A stretch of 64,000 nt of DNA from Thermodesulfobacteriota bacterium. GTDB lineage: Bacteria > Desulfobacterota_D > UBA1144 > Nemesobacterales > UBA2774. The stretch lies in assembly GCA_963422265.1 (NCBI GenBank), contig OY729416.1, forward strand, positions 896,001-960,000, written 5' to 3'. The translations under genes were made by a program, and so were the position numbers. Numbering within the stretch: position 1 is the stretch's first letter; each line of letters begins with the position of its first letter. Under the pieces are notes generated by a model. That model searched no databases and was not told the origin of the DNA. It worked only from the letters and a program-made list of their open reading frames with translations. Positions 24,438 through 35,486 of the stretch are shown here, piece after piece.

Positions 24438-25163
24438 TCAAGCAGCGATCCGAAAATTCTTAAGCTCTTCGCGAATACTAACGGTATCGACCCTTATCCC
24501 AGGACCCATCGTATTGGCTATCGTAATTCTTCTTATAAATGCCCCTTTTGAAGACGCGGGCTTCATCTTAATCAGTAAGTCCATGAAGACAAGGAGGTTG
24601 TCCCTTAGCTTGTCAAAGCCAAAAGAAACCTTGCCTATTGGTGCGTGTACTACGCCTCCTTTGTCATTCCTGACCTCTATTCTTCCTGCCTTGGCTTCCT
24701 TTACGGCTTGCGACACTTCTGATGTAACAGTGCCAACTTTGGGGCTAGGCATAAGACCTCTTGGACCAAGAACTCTGCCTAACCTCGCAACTTTACTCAT
24801 AACGTCGGGCGTTGCAATAGCAACGTCAAACTCAAGCCAATTGTCGTTCATAATTTTCTCTATCAAATCCTGCAAACCTAAGTAATCTGCCCCTGCATTC
24901 TTGGCTTCAGTTAACTTATCGTCCTTAACAAAAGCCAAAACCCTAACGTCTTTTCCTATACCATGAGGTAGAATCATGCCCGCCCTAATCTGCTGATTAG
25001 CCTGTCTCGGATCAATTCCAAGCTTGACGGAGACTTCAACCGTCTCATCAAACTTGGCACTTTTAGTCCTTTCAATGAGCTTAATAGCGTCATTTAACGT
25101 GTAACTAGTTTTTGCATCTACTATTTCTACAACTTGCTCGTATCTTTTTCCTCTCTTAGACAT
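24438..25163 (-). CDS. rplA: 50S ribosomal protein L1
   Basis: KFDETVEV, LGRVLGPRGLMPSPKVGTV, TMGPG. Confidence 0.98.
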   Translation of the reverse strand: MSKRGKRYEQVVEIVDAKTSYTLNDAIKLIERTKSAKFDETVEVSVKLGIDPRQANQQIRAGMILPHGIGKDVRVLAFVKDDKLTEAKNAGADYLGLQDLIEKIMNDNWLEFDVAIATPDVMSKVARLGRVLGPRGLMPSPKVGTVTSEVSQAVKEAKAGRIEVRNDKGGVVHAPIGKVSFGFDKLRDNLLVFMDLLIKMKPASSKGAFIRRITIANTMGPGIRVDTVSIREELKNFRIAA

Positions 25164-25198
25164 TAACCTAGTCTCCTAAATACAATAAGCTCTACACG

Positions 25199-25615
25199 TC
25201 ACTCGACGTCAATTCCCATACTTCTAGCTGTGCCAGAAACAATGTTCAAGGCTGCCTGCATATCATCAGTATTCAAATCAGGGAGTTTGGTCTTAGCTAT
25301 TTCCTCAACCTGAGCCCTTGACACCTTACCAGCCTTTACCTTTGGAACTTCCCCGGAACCTTTATCAACCTTCGCAGCCTTTTTCAGCAAATAAGAAACC
25401 GGAGGGGTCTTAACAACAAAAGAAAACGACCTGTCGGCATAAACCGTCACCGTCACTGGCAGCAACCCTTCCATCTTAGAAGTCTGGCCGTTAAACGCCT
25501 TACAGAACTCCATTATGTTCACGCCACGCTGTCCCAAAGCGGGACCTACCGGGGGAGAAGGAGTAGCCTTGCCAGCTTCTACCAAGAGTTTTATATAACC
25601 GTTTATTTTTTTCAC
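25199..25615 (-). CDS. rplK: 50S ribosomal protein L11 (GTG start)
   Basis: [31 protein letters not shown]. Confidence 0.98.
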   Translation of the reverse strand: MKKINGYIKLLVEAGKATPSPPVGPALGQRGVNIMEFCKAFNGQTSKMEGLLPVTVTVYADRSFSFVVKTPPVSYLLKKAAKVDKGSGEVPKVKAGKVSRAQVEEIAKTKLPDLNTDDMQAALNIVSGTARSMGIDVE

Positions 25616-25616
25616 T

Positions 25617-26174
25617 TTAAATCTTCTCCACTAGATTAAAATCCAACTCTATAGGGGTTGCCCTACCAAAAATCGTAACAAGAACCTGAACCGTCGCTTT
25701 ATCCGGCCTCACTTCTTCAATAACACCAGAAAAATTTGCAAAAGGACCCTCAGTAACCTTCACAGTTTCACCTTTTTCGAATATAATCTTCGGCTTTGGC
25801 TTTAACGTGCCTTCTTCTATCTGCCTCTTTATCTTTTCAACTTCATCCTCTCTGATGTCAGGAACCGAATCGGGATCAATCTTACCATCCTTAAGTTTAC
25901 CACCTACAAAACCTATGACTTTAGGAATATCTCTAATAAAATGCCAACTCTCATCGTTGAGATCCATTCTAATCAGCACGTAACCAGGAAAAAACTTTCT
26001 AACCGATGTCTTCTTTTTCCCACCCTTTATCGGCTCTACTATAGTCTCGGTAGGAACGAGCACCTCATGGACCTGATTCCTAAAGTCCCCAGATCTCATT
26101 CCTTCCTCAATATAGCTCTTGACCCTATTCTCAAATCCTGTGTTAGTATGTACTACGTACCACCTGTCAGCCAT
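25617..26174 (-). CDS. nusG: Transcription factor NusG
   Basis: WYVVHT, FPGYVLI, KOW motif [18 protein letters not shown]. Confidence 0.97.
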   Translation of the reverse strand: MADRWYVVHTNTGFENRVKSYIEEGMRSGDFRNQVHEVLVPTETIVEPIKGGKKKTSVRKFFPGYVLIRMDLNDESWHFIRDIPKVIGFVGGKLKDGKIDPDSVPDIREDEVEKIKRQIEEGTLKPKPKIIFEKGETVKVTEGPFANFSGVIEEVRPDKATVQVLVTIFGRATPIELDFNLVEKI

Positions 26175-26199
26175 AGTTTGATTTCTCTTCGGATCTAAT

Positions 26200-26403
26200 T
26201 TAGCCCAATATAAATCTAATCACATAAGAAAACGCGTAATCAACCACGCCCAAAAAAGACGCAAGAATTGCCGAAATAATTACAACGGCTAAAGTCGATT
26301 TCAACGCTTCTTGCCTAGATGGCCACGTTATGCGTCGCGCCTCAGTCTCAATCTCTTTTGCAAATTTAGTAGTCTCAGAACCTATATTTTTTAATCGACT
26401 CAT
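26200..26403 (-). CDS. secE: Preprotein translocase subunit SecE
   Basis: EARRITWPSRQE followed by one TM helix; between tRNA-Trp and nusG. Confidence 0.92.
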   Translation of the reverse strand: MSRLKNIGSETTKFAKEIETEARRITWPSRQEALKSTLAVVIISAILASFLGVVDYAFSYVIRFILG

Positions 26404-26421
26404 TTACCATTCCTAGTAGTT

Positions 26422-26495
26422 CAGGGCAGGAGGGAATCGAACCCCCAACCGCTGGTTTTGGAGACCAGTGCTCTGCCAAATTGAGCTACTGCCCT
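26422..26495 (-). tRNA. tRNA-Trp(CCA), 3' CCA not encoded
   Basis: AGGGCAGTAGCTCAATTTGGCAGAGC...CTCCAAA...GGTTCGATTCC...CTGCCCTG. Confidence 0.95.
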
Positions 26496-26511
26496 TCTTT
26501 GACACAAACCT

Positions 26512-26670
26512 TTATTTAGTTTCTTTGTGCAAAACATGGCGCTTGCACCACTTGCAATACTTTTTCAACTCAATCTTTTCGCGATGAGTTTGCTTGTTCT
26601 TTACCGTCGAGTAATTCCTTCTTTTACACTCTTCGCAGGCTAACGCAATCACCACCGTATTATCACCCAT
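26512..26670 (-). CDS. rpmG: 50S ribosomal protein L33, zinc-binding type (absent from the ORF track)
   Basis: Hand translation [52 protein letters not shown]; two CxxC; canonical position after tuf. Confidence 0.96.
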   Translation of the reverse strand: MGDNTVVIALACEECKRRNYSTVKNKQTHREKIELKKYCKWCKRHVLHKETK

Positions 26671-26682
26671 TTCTTCCCACTC

Positions 26683-27867
26683 CTATTCTACGATACTAGT
26701 AACGACTCCTGCACCTACAGTCCTTCCACCTTCCCTGATCGCAAAACGCAACTGCTCCTCCATCGCTACAGCAGATATTAACTCCACGTCCATGTTCACG
26801 TTATCACCAGGCATCACCATCTCTACACCCGCAGGTAACACTATAGAACCCGTTACATCCGTTGTCCGTAAATAAAACTGAGGCCTATACCCAGGAAAAA
26901 ATGGCGTGTGTCGTCCACCCTCCTCCTTCCGCAATACATATACCTCCGCCTTAAACTTCCGATGTGGACTTATACTACCAGGCCTCGCCAATACCTGCCC
27001 TCGCTCTACCTCATCCTTATCCACCCCGCGTAACAATACCCCTACGTTATCTCCAGCTATCGCCTCGTCCAGTATCTTACGAAACATCTCTAAACTAGTC
27101 GCTACCGTCTTGCGCGTCTCCCTAAATCCCACTACCTCCACCTCAGCTCCACCCACTACCCTACCACGTTCCACCCTACCCGTTACTACCGTCCCACGAC
27201 CAGATATCGTAAATACATCCTCTATCGCCATCAAATAAGGCTTGTCCATCTCACGCTCCGGCTCAGGTACATATCCATCTACCGCCCCCATCAACTCCAG
27301 CACCTGCCCCTCAGAACCCGCATCCCCATCCAATGCCTTTAACGCACTCACACGAACCACAGGAACCTCATCCCCAGGAAATCCATACTCACTCAATAAC
27401 TCCCGAACCTCTAACTCCACTAAATCCAATAACTCCTCATCATCCATCATGTCCACCTTGTTTAACGCTACCACTATATATGGCACCCCTACCTGCCGCG
27501 CCAATAGTATATGCTCCCGCGTCTGTGGCATCGGACCATCAGGCGCACTTACCACCAATACCGCTCCATCCATCTGCGCCGCTCCCGTTATCATGTTCTT
27601 TACATAATCCGCATGACCAGGACAATCCACATGCGCATAATGCCGCCCCTCTGTCTCATACTCCACATGTGCTATGTTTATCGTTATACCTCGCTCCTTC
27701 TCCTCAGGCGCCTTGTCTATCTCCCCAAACTCCACATACTCCGCACGCCCCGCCTTCCCCAATACCTTCGTTATCGCAGCCGTCAACGTCGTCTTCCCAT
27801 GATCCACGTGCCCTATCGTCCCTATGTTTAAATGAGGCTTCCCTCGCTCAAATCTAGCCTTACTCAT
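26683..27867 (-). CDS. tuf: Elongation factor Tu
   Basis: [38 protein letters not shown]; start set to MSKARFER. Confidence 0.99.
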   Translation of the reverse strand: MSKARFERGKPHLNIGTIGHVDHGKTTLTAAITKVLGKAGRAEYVEFGEIDKAPEEKERGITINIAHVEYETEGRHYAHVDCPGHADYVKNMITGAAQMDGAVLVVSAPDGPMPQTREHILLARQVGVPYIVVALNKVDMMDDEELLDLVELEVRELLSEYGFPGDEVPVVRVSALKALDGDAGSEGQVLELMGAVDGYVPEPEREMDKPYLMAIEDVFTISGRGTVVTGRVERGRVVGGAEVEVVGFRETRKTVATSLEMFRKILDEAIAGDNVGVLLRGVDKDEVERGQVLARPGSISPHRKFKAEVYVLRKEEGGRHTPFFPGYRPQFYLRTTDVTGSIVLPAGVEMVMPGDNVNMDVELISAVAMEEQLRFAIREGGRTVGAGVVTSIVE

Positions 27868-27940
27868 TATACTCCCCCCCATACATTCTTAGTTTTATAA
27901 CCTAAGCTTAAGTTTTTATAATCCAAAATACTATATGCTA

Positions 27941-28013
27941 AGCCCACGGGCGGACTCGAACCGCCGACCTCATCCTTACCAAGGATGTGCTCTGCCGACT
28001 GAGCTACGTGGGC
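27941..28013 (-). tRNA. tRNA-Thr(GGT)
   Basis: GCCCACGTAGCTCAG...CATCC TTGGTAA GGATG...GGTTCGAGTCC...GTGGGCT. Confidence 0.95.
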
Positions 28014-28026
28014 AAAGCGACAAGTA

Positions 28027-28100
28027 AGCGGGAGACGGGACTCGAACCCGCGACCCTCAGCTTGGAAGGCTGATGCTCTAGCCAACTGAGCTACTCCCGC
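28027..28100 (-). tRNA. tRNA-Gly(TCC)
   Basis: GCGGGAGTAGCTCAG...CCTTCCAAG...GGTTCGAGTCCC...TCCCGCT. Confidence 0.95.
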
Positions 28101-28167
28101 ACCCAAAACTTTAAGGAAACTAACGAGAATATATAAAATTCCCTTCAAACCTTCACCTTGCCAAATG

Positions 28168-28250
28168 TGGGGAGGGCAGGATTCGAACCTACGTAGGCTT
28201 GCACCGGCAGATTTACAGTCTGCTGCTTTTGACCACTCAGCCACCTCCCC
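28168..28250 (-). tRNA. tRNA-Tyr(GTA), long variable arm
   Basis: GGGGAGGTGGCTGAGTGG...GCAGACTGTAAATCTGC...GGTTCGAATCC...CCTCCCCA. Confidence 0.95.
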
Positions 28251-28316
28251 CGGTACTTTATGGATACACGCCTAATATACACACCTGTCCAAAAGCTTAA
28301 CATGCTCCTTTGATAA

Positions 28317-28388
28317 AGCTGGCGAAGGGATTTGAACCCCCGGCCTGCTGATTACAAATCAGCTGCTCTACCACTGAGCTACGCCAGC
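28317..28388 (-). tRNA. tRNA-Thr(TGT)
   Basis: GCTGGCGTAGCTCAGTGGTAGAGC...GATTTGTAATC...GGTTCAAATCC...CGCCAGCT. Confidence 0.95.
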
Positions 28389-28521
28389 TATCTAAACTTT
28401 ATTGCATTCATATTTATTATATTCACAATAAGAAACCACAACCCACCCTTATACACATGCTCGTAAGCAGACATCTTATAATAAATTAGATAAATTTCGC
28501 TTGCTCACATAAAAGTTTAGT

Positions 28522-28551
28522 ATTTTAACATTATTAGACTATCACTGTCAA
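28522..28551 (-). promoter_or_regulatory. sigma70 promoter of the tRNA-tuf cluster
   Basis: TTGACA-18 nt-TAAAAT with TG at the extended -10 position. Confidence 0.65.
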
Positions 28552-28577
28552 GACATACCATTGAATTTATATAATTC

Positions 28578-29024
28578 TCAATACAGAGAGATTGTAATCT
28601 CAGCTTCAACAGCAATAGAATCGTGAATCAGCGCCTCAGCCCTAAACCTAATGATTTTAGAGCGTCTTCTTTCAAGCCTGACATGCAGCTTGACCTCATA
28701 TTCCGGAAGAACGACCTTTCTGAATCTAACCTTTTCCAATCCAGCTAAATAAGCACCGGAAAGACCTTGCTCTTTAAGCTCGTCTGTAAATGATCTATAG
28801 ACGAGGACGCCACCTGCCTGAGCTAGCGCCTCAACAATAATAACACCAGGAACAATAGGATTACCGGGAAAGTGCCCTTTGAAAAAATCTTCCTCTGGTC
28901 CGAATCTTTTAACAGCTAATATCCTCGAACCGTGGTCTAGTTCAAGCACATAATCAATAAAGAGAAAAGGATCTCTATGTGGTATATAATTCTCTATATC
29001 TTTTCTATCAATTAAAACTTTCAT
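28578..29024 (-). CDS. fabZ: 3-hydroxyacyl-ACP dehydratase
   Basis: IPHRDPFLFID, FFKGHFPGNPIVPGVIIVEALAQ. Confidence 0.95.
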   Translation of the reverse strand: MKVLIDRKDIENYIPHRDPFLFIDYVLELDHGSRILAVKRFGPEEDFFKGHFPGNPIVPGVIIVEALAQAGGVLVYRSFTDELKEQGLSGAYLAGLEKVRFRKVVLPEYEVKLHVRLERRRSKIIRFRAEALIHDSIAVEAEITISLY

Positions 29025-29044
29025 TCAATCTAATTTCTTCACTA

Positions 29045-29554
29045 CTAATTCTTTGCATCGTAAGCCTTTATAACTTGTTGAGTTACATCGACGCTCGGGT
29101 TTCCGTATACTAAGCCGCCCTCAGATTTATCAATTATCATTGTATAGCCATTTGATTTCCCTACTGACTTCAAAATACCATCCAGATCCTTTAATATCTT
29201 TTCTAGAAGCTCAAAATCTCGCCTCTGCAACTCTTCTCTAAAGTCATCCGTAGCCCTTTGAAGATCTTTATCCAGACGCTGTATCTGCCCCGCTTTTTGC
29301 TTTCTAGTATCTTCATTCATAATAGAACCATTTTGAGCAAATTCATTTTTCAGTCTATCAAGCTGGGCTCTTTTACTTTCAATAATGTCTCGTTTTTTCT
29401 TAAACTCAGCCTCGAAAGAGGCTTTCGCGGCTTTGCCAGCTTTAGAATCCCGAATAACACTTTGCAGATCTATGTAGCCAATCTTTAACTCCTGAGCATA
29501 TGCAGTGCCAGATACAAATAATAATAAGCTCAATACAAGAAAACATAACCTCAT
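29045..29554 (-). CDS. skp: Skp/OmpH periplasmic chaperone
   Basis: Signal peptide AYA-Q, KIGYIDLQ, coiled coil, DVTQQVI; start reset to the ATG after GGAGGG. Confidence 0.92.
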   Translation of the reverse strand: MRLCFLVLSLLLFVSGTAYAQELKIGYIDLQSVIRDSKAGKAAKASFEAEFKKKRDIIESKRAQLDRLKNEFAQNGSIMNEDTRKQKAGQIQRLDKDLQRATDDFREELQRRDFELLEKILKDLDGILKSVGKSNGYTMIIDKSEGGLVYGNPSVDVTQQVIKAYDAKN

Positions 29555-29570
29555 CTTGTCCCTCCATAAA

Positions 29571-31958
29571 TTAAAATAAAGTTCCCACAGTAAATTGCAC
29601 CTCATAAGAATCTTCCTCAGACAACCTATCACCAATTGGAAACCCAACCTCAAGCCTTAGGGGACCTAAAGGCGATATCCATTTTACCCCAAAACCGGCG
29701 TCTCGCTTAAGATCCGCAGGATTAAAAGCTAAGTCTTCTCCATCGTTAAACACATTTCCCATGTCCAAAAAGATAACCCCCTTAAGTCCAACCTTATTAA
29801 TAAGGGGGAATATATAGTCTATACTAACAAGTAATTCCTGCGTGCCGCCAATGATGACAAAATCGTTTTCCGACTCTGAGGTTTGCAGACGAGGAGCAAC
29901 CCTCCTGAAACCAAAGCCTCTTAAAGAATAGGGTCCCCCTAGAAAAAACCGTTCACCTATTACAAGATCATTCCCATTATCAATAAGGTTAATCATTCCG
30001 TACCTGCCTTTTACAGACAGGACGGTATCAAACCAAAATGGAATCCATTGCCTTGACGATATAGTATATTTTACAAAATCGGTATTCCCACCTATCCCTG
30101 AATATTCAATGTTGGAGTTGCTCAAATTACCAGCGCTAGGGTCCAATAGATTATTTCTTGAATCCCACGTTAATCCAATACCGAAACTACTAATAATTCT
30201 ATCAGATCTTGTTATCCTACTTATAAACTCATCTTCAATACCACCTATATCAACGTCTTCATACCTATAGGTAGCATTACCGCTCAAGAACCCCCACAAC
30301 CTTCTACCGACTGTAACGCTTCCACCAAATGCTTTTCTATCAAAATCTCTATAGGATCTATCAGTTCTAAATAAAAGGGTACCAAGAGTCCAGTCAGTAT
30401 CAAGAAGATTTGGGTCCTGATAGTTAATGTAAAATAGCTGTGTTACGCCACCGATCTGCGCATTTAGAGATAACCTTTTCCCATAGCCAAAGAGGTTTGC
30501 TTCCTGTATCTGACCTGCAAAGATAAAGTTTTCTACAGAGCTAAACCCACCAGCTACGCTGAAAAAACCGGTGGATTTTTCCTTGACTTTTACCTTTAGG
30601 GCAACCTCATCCTCTTTTTCTATAACGCGCTCAGTCAAAACTTCAACGTTATCTTCAAAAAAACCAAGCCTAGAGATCCGTGGTTTAATCGCTTGGACCT
30701 CCGTCGCATTAAAAAGCTGTTCTTCCTGAATTGAAATCTCTCTCCTGATAACCTTGTCTCTCGTTCTTGTATTACCAACAATATCAATGTCTTTTACGTA
30801 AACCTCAGGTCCCTGCTCTATATTGAAGCGAACGTCCACCGTAAGCTTTTCCCTATCTAGGGAAAAGTTTGGCTCAACGTTGGCAAACGCGTACCCCTTA
30901 TCACCGTAAAACGTGGTTAGCCGAGAGATGTCTTGAGACAAATAGCTTCCTCTAAAAATTTCTCCGTTTTTCAGTCTTAATAAACCCTTAAGCTCTTGAT
31001 GGGAAGTGATCAAATCCCCTTCAAACAAGACTTCACTCACTTTATATTGATCACCCTCTTCGACCTTAAACGTAACAATGTAACCCTTTTTCTCGTCGCT
31101 ATACTCAATCTCAGGCTTGCCAACCTTTACGTCAAGAAATCCGTTATCTATATACGTAATTCGTATTCTTTCAGAATCATTTTCTATCTCCCCCAGCCTA
31201 TAAAGCCCCTTTTTGGATATAAAAGAGAATATACCCTTGGGTTTTGAGTAAATGCCTTTCTTTATGACCTTAGTTTTTAGCTTTTCATTGCCAATAAATA
31301 CAACCTTTTTAATATACGCTTTGTCCCCTTCTTCCACGTTGTAAGTAATGCTAACTGTGCCTTTCCCCTCAGGCTCTATACTATAACTTACCCGCGTATC
31401 CACAAACCCCTTATGAGAGTATAAGCTCTTTATAGCTTCCTCGCTCTTTTTCACCCTGCTTAAATCAATTACCCTCCCTTCCCTAACTTCTACGACCTCA
31501 AGTATGTCATCGCTTTTTATATCATCATTGCCCCTTATCCTAAGATCAACGATAATTGGCTTGTCTTTAACCTCGAAAACTAAAATGACTCCGTCCTGAG
31601 TCCTTTCGACCTTTGCAATTACGTCGTCAAACGCCCCTGATTCATAAATTTTCTTCACATCTTCTTTGATCTTTGTAGAGCTAAGGGGTTCTCCAACTTT
31701 AGACGATACGTCCAGAAGTATAACCTCCGACTCTATCCTCTCGTTACCTTTAACCCGGATTTCAAGAATTCTATCCTGTTTGCCATCTTCTCCAGGTTGC
31801 AAATCCCTTTGAGAAAACCTCTGATCATGAGACTCCTCTGTTACGCCTCTTTCCTGTCCATTCACCTGATTTATTTCGGAACTGAAACAAAGCGCAAGTA
31901 TGAAGAGAAATAAAATAACACAGATATTTACAAGTCTATTTAAGCTATCAATGCTCAT
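29571..31958 (-). CDS. bamA: Outer membrane protein assembly factor BamA
   Basis: POTRA repeats (GNERIE, GNTRTRDKVIRRE), LRGF loop, SPLGPLRL, terminal F. Confidence 0.96.
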   Translation of the reverse strand: MSIDSLNRLVNICVILFLFILALCFSSEINQVNGQERGVTEESHDQRFSQRDLQPGEDGKQDRILEIRVKGNERIESEVILLDVSSKVGEPLSSTKIKEDVKKIYESGAFDDVIAKVERTQDGVILVFEVKDKPIIVDLRIRGNDDIKSDDILEVVEVREGRVIDLSRVKKSEEAIKSLYSHKGFVDTRVSYSIEPEGKGTVSITYNVEEGDKAYIKKVVFIGNEKLKTKVIKKGIYSKPKGIFSFISKKGLYRLGEIENDSERIRITYIDNGFLDVKVGKPEIEYSDEKKGYIVTFKVEEGDQYKVSEVLFEGDLITSHQELKGLLRLKNGEIFRGSYLSQDISRLTTFYGDKGYAFANVEPNFSLDREKLTVDVRFNIEQGPEVYVKDIDIVGNTRTRDKVIRREISIQEEQLFNATEVQAIKPRISRLGFFEDNVEVLTERVIEKEDEVALKVKVKEKSTGFFSVAGGFSSVENFIFAGQIQEANLFGYGKRLSLNAQIGGVTQLFYINYQDPNLLDTDWTLGTLLFRTDRSYRDFDRKAFGGSVTVGRRLWGFLSGNATYRYEDVDIGGIEDEFISRITRSDRIISSFGIGLTWDSRNNLLDPSAGNLSNSNIEYSGIGGNTDFVKYTISSRQWIPFWFDTVLSVKGRYGMINLIDNGNDLVIGERFFLGGPYSLRGFGFRRVAPRLQTSESENDFVIIGGTQELLVSIDYIFPLINKVGLKGVIFLDMGNVFNDGEDLAFNPADLKRDAGFGVKWISPLGPLRLEVGFPIGDRLSEEDSYEVQFTVGTLF

Positions 31959-32622
31959 CAACAATCCTTCCATTAGAGAGTATGATCCTTCTATCTAACC
32001 TTTTAGCCATTTCCAAATTGTGAGTAACTATAATTGAAGTCATACCATATTCGCCGTTCAACTTTAAGAATAAATCCAGAATAGAAGCACCTGTATATAA
32101 ATCCAAGTTTCCAGTAGGCTCATCGGCTAATATAACTTTAGGGCTCAGGACAACTGCTCTAGCAATAGCCACCCTTTGTTGCTCCCCTCCCGAAAGCTCT
32201 CCGGGTCTATGATCCAGTCTATCCTTCAAACCCACCCTGTTAAGAACGTTAATTGCCATTTCCTTAGCCTGATCCACGCTAAGCCCGTTTATTAAACAAG
32301 GCATCATAACGTTTTCAAGCGCAGTAAACTCGGGTAGGAGATAGTGAAATTGAAAAATGAATCCTATCTCACGGTTTCTAAAGAATGAGATATTACCATC
32401 TTTTTGAAAAAACACGTTTTTTTCATCATAATACACCTCTCCATAAGTAGGGCGATCTAAAGTGCCAACTATGTGTAAGAGCGTGCTTTTCCCCGACCCT
32501 GAGACCCCTATTATTCCAAGCACCTCGCTGTTTTTAACGTCAAGATCAATTCCCCTTAGAGCTTCGACCTTTCCACCGACGGTGTAGAAGACCTTCCACA
32601 AGTCCTGGACTTTAATCTGCAT
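31948..32622 (-). CDS. lolD: Lipoprotein-releasing ABC transporter ATPase
   Basis: GVSGSGKST, LSGGEQQR, ADEPTGNLD, FQFHYLLPEFTALENV; adjacent to lolC/E. Confidence 0.92.
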   Translation of the reverse strand: MQIKVQDLWKVFYTVGGKVEALRGIDLDVKNSEVLGIIGVSGSGKSTLLHIVGTLDRPTYGEVYYDEKNVFFQKDGNISFFRNREIGFIFQFHYLLPEFTALENVMMPCLINGLSVDQAKEMAINVLNRVGLKDRLDHRPGELSGGEQQRVAIARAVVLSPKVILADEPTGNLDLYTGASILDLFLKLNGEYGMTSIIVTHNLEMAKRLDRRIILSNGRIVDEH

Positions 32623-32625
32623 TAT

Positions 32626-33936
32626 TTATCCACACCTAATTGCTTCTACTGGATCTTCACGGGATGCCCGAAACGACGGATACAAAGTAGCAACGAAACA
32701 TACGATTATACTGGAAAAAGCAACCGTCAAGAAGTAAGCAAGCTCTATTCTAACTGGAAAGTCAGAAATAGGATAGACTTCGGGATCAAAAGGTATTACC
32801 TTTCTCACAGCCTCATTCATTTTTAGCAAATAACATATCGCAAGTCCGGTGGCTGTTCCGAGCAAGGTTCCTACAGTTCCGATTACCATACCCTCTGTCA
32901 GAAAGATTCTTAAAATCCCCTGTCTTGTTGCTCCCATAGCCCTTAAAATCGCTATATCCTTTCCTTTCTCCATCACCACCATGGTAATAGTGCTAATTAT
33001 ATTCAGAGCTGCCACAAGGATTATAAGTCCGAGTATTATGGCTATGGCAAGTCGCTCTATTCTAAGAGCCTTAAATAAACTTTTATTCGCCTCTTCCCAG
33101 TTTCGCGTGTAATACGGAAAACCCAATATAGAACTCAATTTATTGGAAATATGACTAGCCTGATATATGTCACTGACTTTTAACTCTACGCCCGAGACCT
33201 CTTTATTCATACCGAAAAACCTCATCGCGTCCTTAAGGTCAACATAGGCTATAGACGAATCATACTCTATCATTCCGTAATCAAATATGCTAATCACCTC
33301 AAACCCTTTTACCTTAGCAGTAGCTCCAAAGGGTCCCATTTTCCCAAATGGAGAGACCAAACTGACCGAGTCACCTTCGATAACGCTGAGACTAGCAGCT
33401 AACTCTTTACCAATAATTATCGGGGGACTTCCAGACTCCGTATCCTTACTCAGCCTTTTCAGTATTTCTCCCCCAATCTCTTTAACCTTCTCATCCTTCA
33501 GTTTTCTCTCATCTCTACTCAGCCTGAGGGCGCCCCTTCCAATAGCCTCTTCTATGTTGGTTACTGTGCCGGCAGTTTGTGGGTCAATCCCTCTGATTAC
33601 CGAACCCATCACACCCCCTCCTTCGCTAGCAATCATACCCTGTCCGTAAATAAATGGACTTGCCCCCTCTACCCCAGAAAAATCAAGAGCCTTATCTTTG
33701 ATCTCAGCGTAGCCTTTTATAGGTCCGTCGTAATTAAGCACTACGATGTGGGAACTAACTCCTAATATTTTTTCCCTAAGCTCCTCTTCAAACCCCCCCA
33801 TAACGGCAAGAACAACGTTTAGAGCCATAACCCCTATAAAGACACCCAGAATGGAAATCAATCCTATAACAGAAGTAATCTTTTGCTTTCCCCTCGAGCT
33901 GAGGTATCTAAATCCTATAAAGAATTCGTATCTCAT
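32626..33936 (-). CDS. Lipoprotein-releasing ABC transporter permease LolC/E
   Basis: [54 protein letters not shown]. Confidence 0.92.
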   Translation of the reverse strand: MRYEFFIGFRYLSSRGKQKITSVIGLISILGVFIGVMALNVVLAVMGGFEEELREKILGVSSHIVVLNYDGPIKGYAEIKDKALDFSGVEGASPFIYGQGMIASEGGGVMGSVIRGIDPQTAGTVTNIEEAIGRGALRLSRDERKLKDEKVKEIGGEILKRLSKDTESGSPPIIIGKELAASLSVIEGDSVSLVSPFGKMGPFGATAKVKGFEVISIFDYGMIEYDSSIAYVDLKDAMRFFGMNKEVSGVELKVSDIYQASHISNKLSSILGFPYYTRNWEEANKSLFKALRIERLAIAIILGLIILVAALNIISTITMVVMEKGKDIAILRAMGATRQGILRIFLTEGMVIGTVGTLLGTATGLAICYLLKMNEAVRKVIPFDPEVYPISDFPVRIELAYFLTVAFSSIIVCFVATLYPSFRASREDPVEAIRCG

Positions 33937-35396
33937 TCGGGTCTAAGATGCGGGAAAAATATTACTTCTCTTATTGATGGGGAATCTGTAAACAGCATAA
34001 CTAAGCGATCTATACCAATACCAGCACCAGCCGTAGGTGGCATGCCATGCTCAAGCGCCTCTACATAATCCTCGTCCATCTCGTGCGCTTCATCCTCACC
34101 CTTGCTCTTTAGCTCGAGCTGTCTCTGAAATCTCTCCTTTTGGTCAATCGGATCATTAAGCTCTGAAAAGGCATTAGCTATTTCTCGCCCGCAAATATAT
34201 AGCTCGAACCGATCCGTAATATCCGCATCAAGGTCGTTCTTTCTCGCAAGAGGAGACACTTCAAGCGGAAATCCGTAAACAAAAGTGGGATTCATCAACT
34301 CACTGCCGATCACGTTTTCAAAAATCTCCATAATTGCTTTACCCCTTATTCCATTATGTCCAAGCCCCATTGCATTAGCTTTTTCGAAAAGCTTGAACTC
34401 ATCCCTAACTACATCCTCGCCCAAGCTTTCCTCAAGCGACTTGATGACATTGATCCTTCTCCAGGGAGGAGTTAAGTCAATCTCCATATCCTGATACATA
34501 AACCTAAAAGAGCCTTTTATCTCCTGAGCCAGAAAACAGATCAACTCCTCGGTTAATTCCATTAGGTCTTCATAAGTAGCATAAGCCTGGTAAAGCTCAA
34601 TCATCGTAAATTCAGGATTGTGCTGAGTAGAGATTCCCTCGTTTCTAAAGGTTCTCCCAATCTCATATACCCTTTCTATCCCACCTACCACGAGCCTCTT
34701 TAGATAAAGCTCCGGAGCTATCCTCAAATAAAAATCCATATCAAGAGCATTATGATGAGTTTTGAAAGGGCGCGCCGTCGCACCACCCGCTATAGGGTGC
34801 AATATAGGAGTTTCAACTTCGATGTAGTCCTTTTCTCCAAAAAATTTTCTAATTAGCCTTATGATCCTACTCCTTGTTAAGAAAACGCCCTTAATATCCG
34901 AACTAGAAATTAGGTCTAAATAACGCTGTCTATATCTAACCTCCACGTCCTTTAGTCCATGCCACTTTTCAGGTAATGGTCGAAGTGATTTCGTCAATAA
35001 TGAAAATTCCTTAACGTTGACCGTCAACTCCCCGGTTCTTGTCTTGAACAAATTCCCTTTAACCCCTATAAAATCTCCTAAATCAATATACTTCTTAAAT
35101 AACTTAAGCTCTCCCTCACCTAATACGTCCCTTTTCACGTAGCCCTGAACTTTTCCACTTCTATCAGAAATATGAAAGAATGCGCTCTTCCCAAAATCTC
35201 TTATGGCGACAATCCTACCAGCCAAGGAGAATTCTTCCGTCACCTCGTCCAAATCCTCCGGGGAGAGTTCATCGTATTTCGACTTTAGTTGAGAAGCTAG
35301 ATGATCAGGCTTGTAATTATTAGTAAAGGGATTAATTCCTAAAGCTCGCAGTTCCTCTAATTTCTCTTTTCTCTGCTCAAATTGCTCGTTTTCCAT
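33933..35396 (-). CDS. lysS: Lysine--tRNA ligase (class II)
   Basis: [39 protein letters not shown]. Confidence 0.98.
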   Translation of the reverse strand: MENEQFEQRKEKLEELRALGINPFTNNYKPDHLASQLKSKYDELSPEDLDEVTEEFSLAGRIVAIRDFGKSAFFHISDRSGKVQGYVKRDVLGEGELKLFKKYIDLGDFIGVKGNLFKTRTGELTVNVKEFSLLTKSLRPLPEKWHGLKDVEVRYRQRYLDLISSSDIKGVFLTRSRIIRLIRKFFGEKDYIEVETPILHPIAGGATARPFKTHHNALDMDFYLRIAPELYLKRLVVGGIERVYEIGRTFRNEGISTQHNPEFTMIELYQAYATYEDLMELTEELICFLAQEIKGSFRFMYQDMEIDLTPPWRRINVIKSLEESLGEDVVRDEFKLFEKANAMGLGHNGIRGKAIMEIFENVIGSELMNPTFVYGFPLEVSPLARKNDLDADITDRFELYICGREIANAFSELNDPIDQKERFQRQLELKSKGEDEAHEMDEDYVEALEHGMPPTAGAGIGIDRLVMLFTDSPSIREVIFFPHLRPE

Positions 35397-35486
35397 AATC
35401 AAACGCAAGGGCTCCATAAACTAAAGTGAGAATTAACGTCTAGCGATTATTAGGTAGCCATTTTTGATTTTTTAAGTCATATAAGT

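Noticed and set aside
26906-27857. Four plus-strand ORFs antisense to tuf
   Set aside because: Pro/His/Ser/Thr-rich shadows of the C-rich strand; no protein-like motifs; tuf explains the region
27867-28244. 125-aa minus-strand ORF
   Set aside because: Runs through three tRNA genes
29555-29653. N-terminal extension of skp overlapping bamA
   Set aside because: True start with RBS and signal peptide is at 29554
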